Positions 44,135-56,796 of a stretch of DNA of 64,000 nucleotides are shown piece after piece. Within the stretch, counting starts at the first letter, position 1; each line of letters starts with the position of its first letter. The stretch comes from Paramecium tetraurelia (Eukaryota), in assembly GCA_000165425.1 (NCBI GenBank), contig CT867992.1, positions 1-64,000 on the forward strand. The letters are read 5' to 3'. The notes below the pieces were generated by a model. That model made no database searches, was not told the DNA's origin, and saw only the letters and a program-made list of their open reading frames with translations. A program made the position numbers and the translations under genes.

Positions 44135-45320
44135 ATGATAGTTGCCTTATTTATTACAACTGCATTAGCTCTATAGATGAATGAGCAGGCCACACTCACA
44201 ACGGAAGCTCAAACTGCTGTTAGAGAATTTGTTCAATCTGGTCCATTAGGGAAGATGATGTTCGAGTTTGCTTAAGTAGAGATGCACGTAATAAGCTTTA
44301 TCAAAAATTAGAGGCTTCTGGTGCTGTAGACATCTTGATTGAAGTTCTCAAGGCTTTTGGTCGTCAATAAGAAGACAGATTGAATGATGAGAATACTATT
44401 GTAATAATGGCTATTTAATATAGTGGTAAAATAGACTTGGAGATCATAATGCTCGTAGAATTCAGTATGAGTCACTGGTAACAGAAGGGGTGGATTAGCT
44501 ATTAATAGGGATAGGAAAAAATTAACCCTAAGAATATGAACCTAGAAAAGAGGAACTCAATGAAATTTTAACAACTTTGAAAACAAACATGGGCAAAAAT
44601 GAAGTTGCTAAAAAGAATGCAGAAGCATTGAGAGCTGAATAGAATTCATAATTCTAACAACAAGCAAATGAAATTACTGAAGCTATTAAAGCAACTGATG
44701 ACACTCTAGAATACATCAAGAGATGCAGTCAGGGTTCATTTATTGAAGTTGACAAAATTAATGATCATCTTCTTTTCTTGTAAAAGAAATCATCTAAATC
44801 TACTGATTATGTTGGATCAATAATCTAGGCATTAATGTAAATTAGTGAAAAGCAGAACTTTGCTGATAGAGAGGTTTAAAAGTAATTGGTTGATCTATTG
44901 TAATCATTGAGAGGCTATTTTGTGGAAACTTTATAAGCAGCCTACAATGATGAGGATTAATAGAAATTATTGCATGAAAATAGAATGAATCAATTAGAAA
45001 ATGAAAAATAAGTATTTGAAAAACAATATAGTGATGCTTATGCTGAAAGAGAATAAAGATCATGTAATATATATTTATTCTATTTCTTAGTATAAATCGA
45101 AGATACCAATAGATTATTAGATACAAGAGGCAAAGAATTAGCAGGTTATTAAGATCGATTGACTACTGAAAACAATAATTTTTCTTAAAATCAAAAGATT
45201 CATGATGATCTAGTAGCAGCTATTAGTGGAGAAATAGGTTTTATTGAAAAAGCATTAGATGTTTTGATGACCTAAGCGTTTTCTGATGAACTCTAATCAG
45301 CTATTAATAAAGCTAAATGA
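44135..45320 (+). CDS. Trichocyst matrix protein-like precursor
   Basis: Hydrophobic leader, GPLGKMMFEFAQVEM, GAVDILIEVL, GSFIEV, QNFADREVQKQLVDLLQSLR. Three introns, the first requiring a GAG acceptor. Confidence 0.78.
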
Positions 45321-45469
45321 AATATATTCAAATCAAAAATATTTATTATTTTGTTATATTCAATTAAAGCTTATGATTAAATTATTCAAAACCTATAAGA
45401 TTTCAAATTAGATAGGAATTGTAATTAGATTTAGTTTCAAAATTCGTAATAACTTAAAATTATATAATC

Positions 45470-47140
45470 ATCATGAAAATTCTGTGTTACAAATTGGACA
45501 TTTTTTTGTATAGTTCAACCAATTCTAAATACATTGCTAGTGAAAAATATGAGAAACGTGACACTTTAATTGAACTATAGGATTCTGTTAAGAATTATAT
45601 GTAAGTTATTGTAAACAAATTGTGCAATCTGATTTTTCTTTGAGTTCTACTTTGAAGATAAAATTTTTATTGACATTTTAAATAGGTATTAGTTATGGTA
45701 GATTATTTTGAACATTATTTATGGGATCAACATTTACTCTTTGGTGAGGTTACTACTATTGTACGTCAATTTATTAGTTCTATCTATTTTATATTTATCC
45801 TTCTTAATTTACTTATATCATATTACTGGTATATTGATCAGTAAAAAATGGAATAATTAAATATTTTAAAAGCATCAATCCTAGAAATATTAATTAAGTT
45901 ATTCCACACTCATATTCCAAGAAGATATCATAATTTATTATTACATCATCTTTTTCCATCTCATTAGAAAACTCTGATATTCCAACAATTGTGAATATCA
46001 AGGATGTTATTAAAAAGAGTTTAAATAGTTTATTTTACTAGTTGCTCCTCCTTAAAATTTAATCTATTAATACTTAATAATCGATGAACTATAGGAGACG
46101 AATATTTTGATAACTGTTTTCTATAAATATCTAAGATATAATATTACCTGCAGAAAATAAATATAATAATGACAAAGTGAATATTATCATAAAAAAATGA
46201 TAAAATAAATTTGATGAAATTAGAATATATGAAGAAGCATTTGGAGTTAAAATTATTATTACCAACAAAGCTATAAATTTACCTAGATTATTAAAAAGTA
46301 GGATAAAACAAAATACTATTATTTAAATTGTTACTTAAGCAATATCTAATCAATATAAGGAATCTATACTTTGGTTTTGGGGATCGTGCTAATATGAAGG
46401 CCAGATACATTATTAGCACGCCAAATAAATTCTTTATGAAATGCTTAAGCCTTCATAAATTATAATTGTGAAGAAGACTATTTCACATGATATTCCTAAT
46501 TCATACAGCATGGGTCCTTAAAACTTAGCAGGTATCTTATCTCTAACGCAATCATCATAATATTAATTTTCATCTAAATGATCAGTCTCATAAGGACGAT
46601 CATTTTTACTATCTTAACATGCATAATAAGTCTTATCTTAAATATTTCTGGTCAATAAGAAAATTGCTACTACACAGTATAAATATGTTAATCTGATGAG
46701 AGTAAATTTTGACTATGTCGTAAATTAAAATAGTATGTAACTTGCTGATAAATAAACCCAGTCATTCATCTGAATTTCATTTTGGATTCTAATGTTATTC
46801 GTTTAAAGTTATGAAAATTATTGTTTTATATACATCATACATCCAAAAAGTGTTGTTAACAAAAGTATGAGTAAAATGCCTAAATAGACTACCTATTATT
46901 ATTCATTATTTTTGATAATTGCAATAATCGATATAATTAAAGTAGCAAGTATCAAAAGCATTACACAATATAGCAAATATCGAATGCGAGAATTCCATTT
47001 ATTTTATTATAATGATGCTTAAGTTTACAATCTTTACCCAGGTTCAGAATCCCTTTGATTACTTTAAAATTATAGAAAATTTATGAATACCTATCTTACT
47101 ATTAAAACCTTGAGCTCCTTCGCATGAATTGCCAAATAGA
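45470..47140 (+). pseudogene. Degenerate coding-like relic, family not recognised
   Basis: Protein-like code-6 fragments (FDEIRIYEEAFGVKIII, ESILWFWGSCQYEGQIH) broken by many TGAs and frame changes. Confidence 0.3.
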
Positions 47141-48148
47141 ATTATAAGAGTAATAAATATATAAATATAACTTCATAACTTAGTATTAACATTTAATTAG
47201 TCATTTTTCGTATTAAATAAAGATAAACTTAGTGAATATTTAATTATTCATATTTATTTTCTTGATTAAAGTAATAAAAATAATAATACTAAAGTTACAG
47301 CGCTTAATTTTAAAATATATTTTTTATAATAATTATTTTGATTAATTATTAAATTTATAATGCAATTGAAAAGAGGGTTATCCATATTTAAACGATTTGT
47401 TATCCTAAAGATAATTATGATTTTTTTTAAATTAACTTCACGCTTATTTATTTATTAAAAATACACTTTATACTATTAACTTTAAATTAATAGTAGTTAT
47501 CTCATTATATTGAAATTAAATTTATAATATTATCTCCATTTACTGTTTAATCTAATTATGATATCAATCAACAGTTCATTAAAACGTTAAAAGGCAATCT
47601 ATATACTATTAAATATTCGATTTTTATAAAATTTTAATGATTCTGCAAAAATTATTTAAAGGTAAGTTATATTCTAAACTGACACAAGGTCTTAGACAAT
47701 ATATGCAAAAAGATTAATTTGGGCCTGATCTTATGTTTAATAAAGAGTTGCTTTTCAGTTGAATAGTAATTAAATTTCTTTTAAGCTCAATAAAAGTGGG
47801 AACGCAAAAACTTAATTTTTTTACCTTCATGTCAATTGAATAAATGATTTTAATTTGAGATAAATTCTTGAGTTTATCTAATGATACAAGGAATAACTTT
47901 AATAAATGCGTAATTAGCGTTAGAATATTCTCTTCAATAAGAGATTTTATAAATGGAATAAGAAAGTATTTCAGATAAGTAGCCTTAATATAGAACTAAG
48001 TAGAGTTATGAAATAATAACAGCATATGACTTAAATTAATCTTTTGCTTATGATTGATTTTATATAAAAATTATAAAAATTTGATATAAGATAAGCAAGA
48101 GTTTATAACATTTGTGAAATATTATGAAGATTATATATTTTTTTTAAA

Positions 48149-49502
48149 ATGTATGACCAAAATAACCCTTTGCAAGTAATACAGCTTAGCGGTAACAAGG
48201 TCAATTAAGGATAAAACATGACTTATGAATGCTAATTATCGACATTGTTGGGCTACGGAATAAATAGAGCATATGTTGGAGTTGATAATTTTGGCAACAA
48301 AGTAGCTATAAAAGAAGTATTAATGATTTGATTCAAGCATCACAATGAAGAAGCGATGAAAAAAGAAATTTAAATATTAGAATAACTCAATCATCCAAAT
48401 ATAGTGTAATATTTAGATTCATGCAATTTATTCCATTAAACCAATCAATATCATTCAGAATGGAATGGTTATATCTGCATGGAATTAGGTATCTACGATT
48501 TGTGTACATACAAACAAAAAAAATTTTCAATTGGCAAGGAATTAGTAGATTAGATGTTGAGTGCATTAGCTTATTTATAAAAATAAAAAATAGCCCATTG
48601 CGATATTAAGCCTTAAAATATTCTAGTTATGTAAACAAATCCTATTGTTTTCAAAATATGCGATTTTGCATCTAGCAAACTGGAAGAATCAGAATTGACA
48701 GAAAGATCAGAAATACAAAAAGCTTAAAAAGAATAAACACGATCAAAAAAATAGAAGAAATCATATGAAAAAAGTTTTGTTTAGATTGGGGTACAAAGTA
48801 GCATTTATTTAGACTAATTAATATATGTCTCCTGAAATGATCAACAAAAATGTCTAAAACTATTACTTATCTGATGTTTTTTCTTTGGGATTAGTGTTTT
48901 TATATGTTTTTAGGGATTACAGTCTGAATTAAGTAGACAGAGAATTACTAAAAGAATAAAAATTTAGTTAAGAAATACAAGATAAAATAAATGAAAATGA
49001 AGATGATATTCAAAGAATTCTAAATTAAATGATTTAATTTGATCCTCAAGATCGATTAGACTTTGTAAAACTTCTGGATTTTTGGAATCAAAATAAAAAG
49101 AAAGTCAAAAAATAAGAATATAAATTGACACCTGTTAGAATGAATAGTACAGAATCAAGATTTTTAACGATTTAGCAAATTCAGAATTAGAGAGCACAGG
49201 TTTTCAGACTACCTTAATTAATAATTAAGAGAGGCTAAAGAAATTAATATTCTCAACATTATTAAAGTTCAACTCCTTAAAAAGATAATTTAACTATTGA
49301 TAGGGTTGGACACTCGTATTCAAAACCAAAAAAATTGTAATAACTCTCTCCCTCTAATAATTATTTTATAAAGCCTCCTAAAACTCCTCTTAAATCAAAA
49401 ACTTCAAGTCCTACAAAGAGTATGATGAGTAATAAATTATAATAAACTCAGCATAAAGAAGAAAAAAATACTTTTTCTATAAAGTTAATTTAAGGAATAT
49501 GA
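48149..49502 (+). CDS. Divergent non-RD Ser/Thr protein kinase
   Basis: VAIKE, EIQILEQLNHPNIV, HCDIKPQN, ICDFA, GTNQYMSPE, SDVFSLG. Introns at 48317-48337 and about 48791-48812. Confidence 0.85.
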
Positions 49503-49558
49503 ATTATTCACATTTTTTGATAGATTATAATTTAAGGATCAAAAACATTAATAATTGT

Positions 49559-51046
49559 TCATTAATTTTGAATATCATTTTCTTCTAAAATTTATCCTTC
49601 TTATTATAATAATTGTTATTATTATTATTATTACTATTATGGTTATTCTTATACAAATTTGATTGTTTTTGCTCTAACTCTCTTTTCGAATTTCTCTCTG
49701 TCTTTTGGATCACTATCATTTGAATTTTCAGTCCTTTTTAATTGCATAGCATCATCAACATCATCATATTCTTTCTTTATAAATAACAATTCTGTAGCCA
49801 TTTCATCATCAGGTACTTTATATTAACTTAGTAATCCATTTATCTTCACCCATTACTTTTCTTCTTCCTTAAGACGTGCTTTACATATTTCACAAAGCAT
49901 TTAAAAATCAGTTCTATTGTTACACTTTGAGCATGGTTCTATTGTGATCTAGAAATCTAATTTAAAGAATAGTGTACAATGACTTTAAAATTTTTATCAA
50001 ATCTTTCGTCCTTAATTATCTAACTTGGATCCAAGTCTTGTAATGAGAATTCCAGAGAACTTTAAAATATTAAGTATAAAAATACTTTTACGCAGTCTCA
50101 TCAATGAATGCTGTATTGAATGCTAATCTAAACATTTTCTCTTTTTTCAAGATTCCTTCGTTAAAGACTTTAATTAAAATATCCCCATAAATTGGCATTA
50201 GTTTGTCTAATTTGAGCTTTAATTCACATAAATTTAATACATCATGAGAAACCCCTTTATACTTTTTTGCTTCTTTTTATGTGGAATAAAGTTCTTTATC
50301 ATTTTTCACTTAAATTACTTGCATATATGGCTTACAACTGCCATTCATATTAAAAGCAGGTGCTCTGTAAATTTAAATAATAATCTTACTTTCCCTAAAA
50401 TGTGATTCTTTTGAGAGTAACGACTGTTGGATAAATTATATAGCCCAAAGTCAAAAGTTTATAGAAGTATTCAACATATTTCACTTAACAAGGTTGATTG
50501 ACTCCCAGACCCTCCTCTTCAAATCTCTTCTTCCCATAATAATAGAGCACATCCTTCACGCTCTTGAATTTGCCTGTATAGAGTAAATAACAGCAGATAA
50601 TTGTGCCTGTTCTGCCTTTGCCAGCAAGACAATGAATAACCACTACATTAATTTTGTCGCCTATTTGTTAATATAAATCTCACCTTTCAAATAACCATGA
50701 ATAAGATCGCAGATCTCAAACAAAAGATCCAAAGGGGGAGAATGATGATCTTTCCATATCCAACAATCCTGTACCACTCCTCTGAATTTTGAAAAGTCGT
50801 ATTTTCGACCACTTAAATTGAAAACCATATAATCTGCATTATGTTATGTATTTAAATAACCAGCAACCTAATTATAATAAAGGTATCACCCACCTAATCT
50901 ATTGGATTTCGATATAAACCTTCTATTCCTTCCCCAGGATAACTCATCGCAATTATCCTTTTAGTCACGTACGTAAGATCAAGATTATATCCTTCCTATA
51001 TTAAACGCTTCTTTTTTCCTGAGACCTTCTCTCTTAAGTAATTCAT
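49559..51046 (-). CDS. PTEN: PTEN-family phosphoinositide phosphatase with C2 domain
   Basis: [76 protein letters not shown]. Gln-rich tail. Confidence 0.93.
49600..49640. repeat. Imperfect (TTA)n microsatellite encoding poly-Gln in the PTEN tail
   Basis: ttattattattatta run, read as TAA codons on the minus strand. Confidence 0.6.
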
Positions 51047-51067
51047 TTTAATATTAAAAATATAAAA

Positions 51068-52420
51068 TCAAATACGAATCATTTCCAATAGATTATGCAA
51101 TTAGATATTCATTTTCTTTTGAACTTCAATTATCAATTCAAGAAACTAATAGAAATCGATTCGTTGAACTTAAAATTTGCAAAACAAAATTTGATATTCC
51201 ACTCTTTAAAGATTCTCATTCAGCATCCCTGAAAAGTTACTAATTTTACAAAACTAAGAAATTGACAAGGTTTTTATTCCTTTCCCACAATACCAAAACA
51301 AATTCAACAATTCAAGAACCGAATTATTGACTAGTTAATATTCATCGCTTAATAATTTATAAGATGTATCCTTCCATTCTTTTTATTGAGTAGAAATCAG
51401 AATTGCGTCAGTGACAACTAACTCTTTAACATAAAAATCAAAGGGAGAAATTTCTTCTTTACTATTTTTGAATTAAGTTATTTATAAACTTGGGGCTGAA
51501 TTCATTTCTAATATGAAGGGTTAACCTTGGTTGTTTAATAAAATATCTAGACCAATAATACAAAAATTTTGAGAATATTCAGGCTTATCACTTTTTGAAT
51601 GATAAAGTAAGAATGGATAAATGGCTTTCATGAATTGAGCTATTACATTTTCGATATTTTGAAATATCGCTTAATCATCTTATCCTTGTTTTTATAATTA
51701 TTATCGAAATGCTTAGAAACTCTATTTGTTTGATTGATTATCAGTCATAAAGTCCGTTGAACAAGGGACATAATTAGTGCTTTCACAATTGATTGCATAA
51801 TTTGTTAAATGAGCAAATTGATTTTTATTAGTTTTTTCATAGGCATCAACACATATTCTAACCAGCCCTTCTTTATTCAAATAACAAATATAGGGACTTA
51901 ATTTTTAAATGAGAATGTAAAATCTAAGATCGAATTTTTTATTATCTATAAGCATGGGGTTATCTATATATTTCTAAACAACCATCTGCCCTAGGTCTGC
52001 TTTTTTGATTAAATCATTCATACTATTAGGGAAGAATATCCCTTTTCCTTCAGATCCATTTGATGGCTTAGCAATGAACTAATTGAGATTTTTAGAATAC
52101 AAGAGATTTCTGTCTTAAGGATAAATGTAGGTTTCAGGGTAAATTTAATTAATTTCTGGGTAGAACATCCCAAATGAGGACAGACACTACTTTGTGGAAG
52201 CTTTTGAACTAACAATACCAACTCCTTTAATCCTGTTGCAGATTTATAATCTGGGTCTATCCATTGAAAATTTAGAGCACTTATCCTTTTTTCTTTAATT
52301 CCAAACAATTTTGGCTTTTGAATGTTATTCTCCACAATCAATCCAATTCTATTTTTCAATAATCTTTTTTAAAAGAGTCCTTTCACTACCCTTAACATTT
52401 GATATATCAAACTTTAGCAT
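51068..52420 (-). CDS. Tubulin-tyrosine ligase-like (polyglutamylase-type) protein
   Basis: 450 aa span, apparently intronless. YPETY, IAKPSNGSEGKGI, VVQKYIDNPMLIDNKKFDLRFY, EGLVR, HLTNYAIN, IGLDIL..PFILEMNSAPSL. Confidence 0.92.
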
Positions 52421-53097
52421 ATTATATATATATTAACAAATTAATATTAGATCATCTAGATTAATATTAAAATTTATATAACTTTATAAAATAATACTTC
52501 ATATTGGATTTATTATTAAAACATTGTAATTGATTATGTCTGTAGAATATGTTACTTATCAACTAATTCTGAATCAAATTTAAAACCTATTATATTATAA
52601 GTTTTATTGGTAAGTAACTTATTGATATCAGCTAAAAAGAAAAGGGTTTTCTCCTCTTAGTTTTTATATTAAGAATTATCATTTAATGGTTGCTCTGACT
52701 TTCTTTTACTTTATTGATGAGATAGGCCTTGTTAATAAATTTAATTTAACCCTATCTTTTTTGTTAAATATAGAAATAATGTTATTTTTATTTTTGATTT
52801 CTACGCTTTCTCTCTTCTTTAACTGTTTTAAATACTTTCTGTACAATTATTGAATTATATCTTATCATACTTTCCATCAAGTTATTTATCTAACACATTT
52901 TAAGGGTTAAAGTAAAATCTCCTATGATCTAGGTTTATTTAGATAATCTAAATAAATTAAATTACTAAGGGCAAACTTAAGTTCTTTAATTTAATAAAAA
53001 AATGATCACTTACTGAGTTTATGATGCATAAAATTAGAATTTAAATTATTTTCTAAGTGACTTTTTTTAATAATCTTAAAATTACTAAATTTTATAA

Positions 53098-53963
53098 ATG
53101 GAGGGATAATAGTATCAATACTTGATGGCAGATGAGTACTTCTTAGAAAATAATGAATCTTATTCATCATTTTCACTAGGTGATATTTAATTTTTAGTCA
53201 ATTTAAATGATTTTGAAGCTCCTATTTTTCAACCCTCCAAAATTCATAATCCATATGTTAGTTTGGTTGGGAATTATTGCATGGCTGGTATTATGATTAT
53301 TGATAGAATGTTTAGATTCATCTATTATTTTCATCAACAAAGTCGACCCAATATTTGTTGCTATTCGAGTACTAAGAAATAAATTAGCAAATTAATAATA
53401 AGAGAATAGTATTGAATTTGAGAACATTTTCAATGGTGAAGATACATTTGAAGTTTACTTAAGCAAGCACAAGCAAATAAGATAGAACATTGATTGCATA
53501 AGTAACAAAAAGGAGATTGGCGATGAAATATATGTCAAGTTGGATAAAGGAAAGCTATTCTAATTTTTAGATGTTAAATACAATAGTATTCGTCAATATT
53601 CCCAAAAAAGTGTGTACTTTGTAGATGATTGCAATTAAAAAAAATAAGATGGTATACATAGATATTATAAACTTAGAATCTGAGTTAAAGATTTGCGATC
53701 TCTTTAAATAATATATCGGAGAATAGCTATATAATGACTATTAGGCTACTAAAAAGATTGTTATAGCCAATTAGACCTCAAAATTTGAATTTCATAATGA
53801 ACAAAATGGAAGTAATATTAGAGAAGACAAAGAAGTAATCACAAAAAAGACATAATCTAATTCCAAGAGAAATTAGGAAACCAATGAAAAATAGGTCAAA
53901 AACAATAATATCTTAGATCAATACTTTAAAAAAATAACTAAGTAACCAGAATAAGAGAAATGA
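53098..53963 (+). CDS. RNASEH2B: Ribonuclease H2 subunit B
   Basis: SLVGNYCMADSSIIFINKVDPIFVAIRVL, YVKLDKGKLFQFLDVK and a C-terminal PIP-box-like NNILDQYF. Two introns. Confidence 0.72.
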
Positions 53964-54099
53964 TCAATAGTTATTTTTAAGATATGATTTTGTTATTAGT
54001 AGTATTTAATATTATGAAATTCACATTTGCTTATATGTAATTCTAATATAATTAATTGTAATTATATTGTTCTTTATATTTTCTATAAAATAATACTAA

Positions 54100-55472
54100 A
54101 ATTATAATTTATAACCCCTAATTTTTATTAATTATATATTTTTGTTTTTGGGTTTCTAAGTAGAAGACCAGAAACAAAGGAGAACTCTGAGGAATAAGGG
54201 AGACGGGGCTTATCCTGAGTCAGGAATAAGGGAGGTGGAAATGATTTGGATGCAAAATAGTGAAGCTTAATGTATTCACAATAATTTGAAAGTTCATCGA
54301 TAGAATCATGTTTCTTATTCTTCTTTAATTTCAGGGAGTTGGTGGAGGAAGGAGCTATAATAGGTTTGCATGCTTGATTATTGTTAGATATAGGTGCTTA
54401 TATTTATGGGCTATTAAATTGGTAAACAAAAATACATAATATGGTGAAGGAAGTGGTTGAAAAAATAATAATTACTCAGGTTTAACCAAGATGGCACCAT
54501 AACCGTTATTTTAGTCTATGTTTTAGGATGTGAAAGATGATATTTATTAATACATTAATTGTGTAGGATGATATGTATTATGATGAAATTGAAATTTCTA
54601 ATATAGTTTTTGCAAGGGACATGATTTCATTGTGAAAATCGGAAGTTGAAGCTATATCCTTTGGAGGAGGATCTATTGAATATAGAACAATTAGAGATAC
54701 ATGGTCAATATTCAGTTTTTTGAGTTTGGTTTTCAGTTTTAGATTTTTGGATCTACTTTTGGAGATATTTTTCTTCTCTATATGATGATTGTAGGATTCA
54801 CTAGATTAGTTAATATAGGTACTTTAATTGTTGTAACGTTTGAAAAATGGATTTAATTTTATCGGTGTCTTCGATATCAATTTATTAGGATAGGTTATAA
54901 TTTTTGTATTTAAGAATAATATTTCGAAAGAGCTGAGCAAATTCAACTTTTATGGCACCATTATTTGCATTTTGATTAACGCAAAAAATAGAGGAAATAA
55001 CAGAGGGTTTAAGAGTTTTAGTCATTTGGGATCCTTTTAAAGTAAATTCATATATCTACCATTCTTATCTCCATTAACCGTTTTGGAAAGACGCCTTAGA
55101 ACTTTTCGAACCAATGAGTAAAAATAATTCTTGATTAAACCATCTGTTCTTTATGGCAACTCCTTGGATATACTCCTCTAATTAAGTATATTTTAACATT
55201 ATTACCCATCGATTACCATATTTGCTTTGCAATTCAAACAGTTTGTCCACTTCATTTTGAGTCCATTGATCTTTGTTGACAACAGGATTTAACTAATTAT
55301 GGAATCTCTCCTTGCACGATTTACCTGATCTTCTATAACCCATGGAGATCATTATTTTTGAAACTCTCCTCTAATTATAATTTTAAGACTTGCAGATTTC
55401 AAGCAAAGCCTTATCCTCCTAGTTTAAAATTATTAAATAGTATACTTCTGGTCTCCAATTCTTCCTTCTCAT
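54100..55472 (-). CDS. R2R3-type Myb transcription factor (3' end uncertain, possibly decaying)
   Basis: WRPEEDKALL, RSGKSCKERFHNQLNP, WTQNEVDKLFELQSKYGNRWRSISKELPQRTDGLIKNYFYS. No clean stop near the expected end. Confidence 0.8.
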
Positions 55473-55515
55473 AATTAATATATATATATATATAATTATA
55501 TAGATAATAGACTAT

Positions 55516-56587
55516 TCAACTCATCTTGATTGCAGCTAATTGTTCTTTCAAAGCAGCTAATTATAGTTGTAATTATAATAATTCAGGACTTGTTCTCATC
55601 GATACTTTAGGAGTATAAACTGGAGCAGGCATATTATTTCCATACATCATTTTTTTGAGCTTACGAAACCTATATGAATAAGATAATGGGGATAATTTAC
55701 ATTTTAGATACCTGTTTCATTCCAATCATTAATCATTTTTTGTCTTTCAATAGAATTTCTACGACTAGATTCTCTACTACTACTGCTTTTCTTTTTTTTG
55801 CTTTTCTTCTCCTTCTTTTTATTTTTCTTGGGACTCTTTCTAAACATCATAACAATGTCTTACTCAGTATTGACTTCTTTCTCCTTTTTCTCTCTATATT
55901 CTGGATGCTCTTCATACATTTGATTGAACAAACTCTTCTTAAATTTGGTGGATATCTTCTTTAGATGTAAATAATTGCATGCTCCACCTCTTAAAGTCAT
56001 TAATTTCTAATTCCATACCTTTAACATGTCCCATCAATATATTATTTGCATTTAGCACTGCTAAAATCTAATACAGGCGAATATTCCATCTGCAATGGTC
56101 TATTTTCATATGATAGATTCTAAAGAGCATTGAAGCAGGACTCTGCAAACAATTCAGATGTATATTTCACATACACATTTCCTACTAAATGATCACCAAT
56201 GTTTTCGCATACTATCAAATCCTCAATTTCACCAAACTCTGCTAACTTAACATAATTATCCACTTTTACTTTCAAAAATACATCTTCATAAAAGTTTTCG
56301 AATTTCTCCAATGCCTCCTCAATACCCGCTTAAGACACTGCATTTCCTGAAGCTATTGCCACTTCCATTGGAGAGTTTTAATACATATGCTGACCATTAT
56401 ATCACAATTCCTTACTTTAAATAAAATTGTCTAAGAGATTGGAGGGATGCTATGGATTCTTTAACATTTATTTTCATAACGACAGGCTCCAATTTTGATA
56501 TAAAATGAGCAATTCACCTAAAATTAGAGGTGTTAATCATACTTTGTCTTCTTCTGTTCCATACACTCTTTCCAGTCCGCCTGCCAT
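55516..56587 (-). CDS. U2AF1: U2 snRNP auxiliary factor small subunit (U2AF35)
   Basis: GTEEDKVNCSFYIKIGACRY, FENFYEDVF, VCENIGDHLVGNVYVKY, CKQY..GTCQRGGACNYLH. Several short introns. Last exon frame ambiguous. Confidence 0.93.
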
Positions 56588-56796
56588 TTAATAAATAATT
56601 ATATATTTATATTTTAGTAAGAGTGAACGCCAATTATAATATTTTCATAATTGTGTAAAAATATTTATAATAATATTAAGTGTCATTAATATTCAATATT
56701 TGTGATAATTGACTACCTTAAGTTAATAATAAAGTGAAATTTACGTTGACTTTATCAATAGATATAATATAATAATAAATAATTAAAAATTTGGAA

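Noticed and set aside
52450..53050. Long TGA-free minus-strand stretch
   Set aside because: Long open frames arise by chance when TGA is the only stop. No motif or convincing start.
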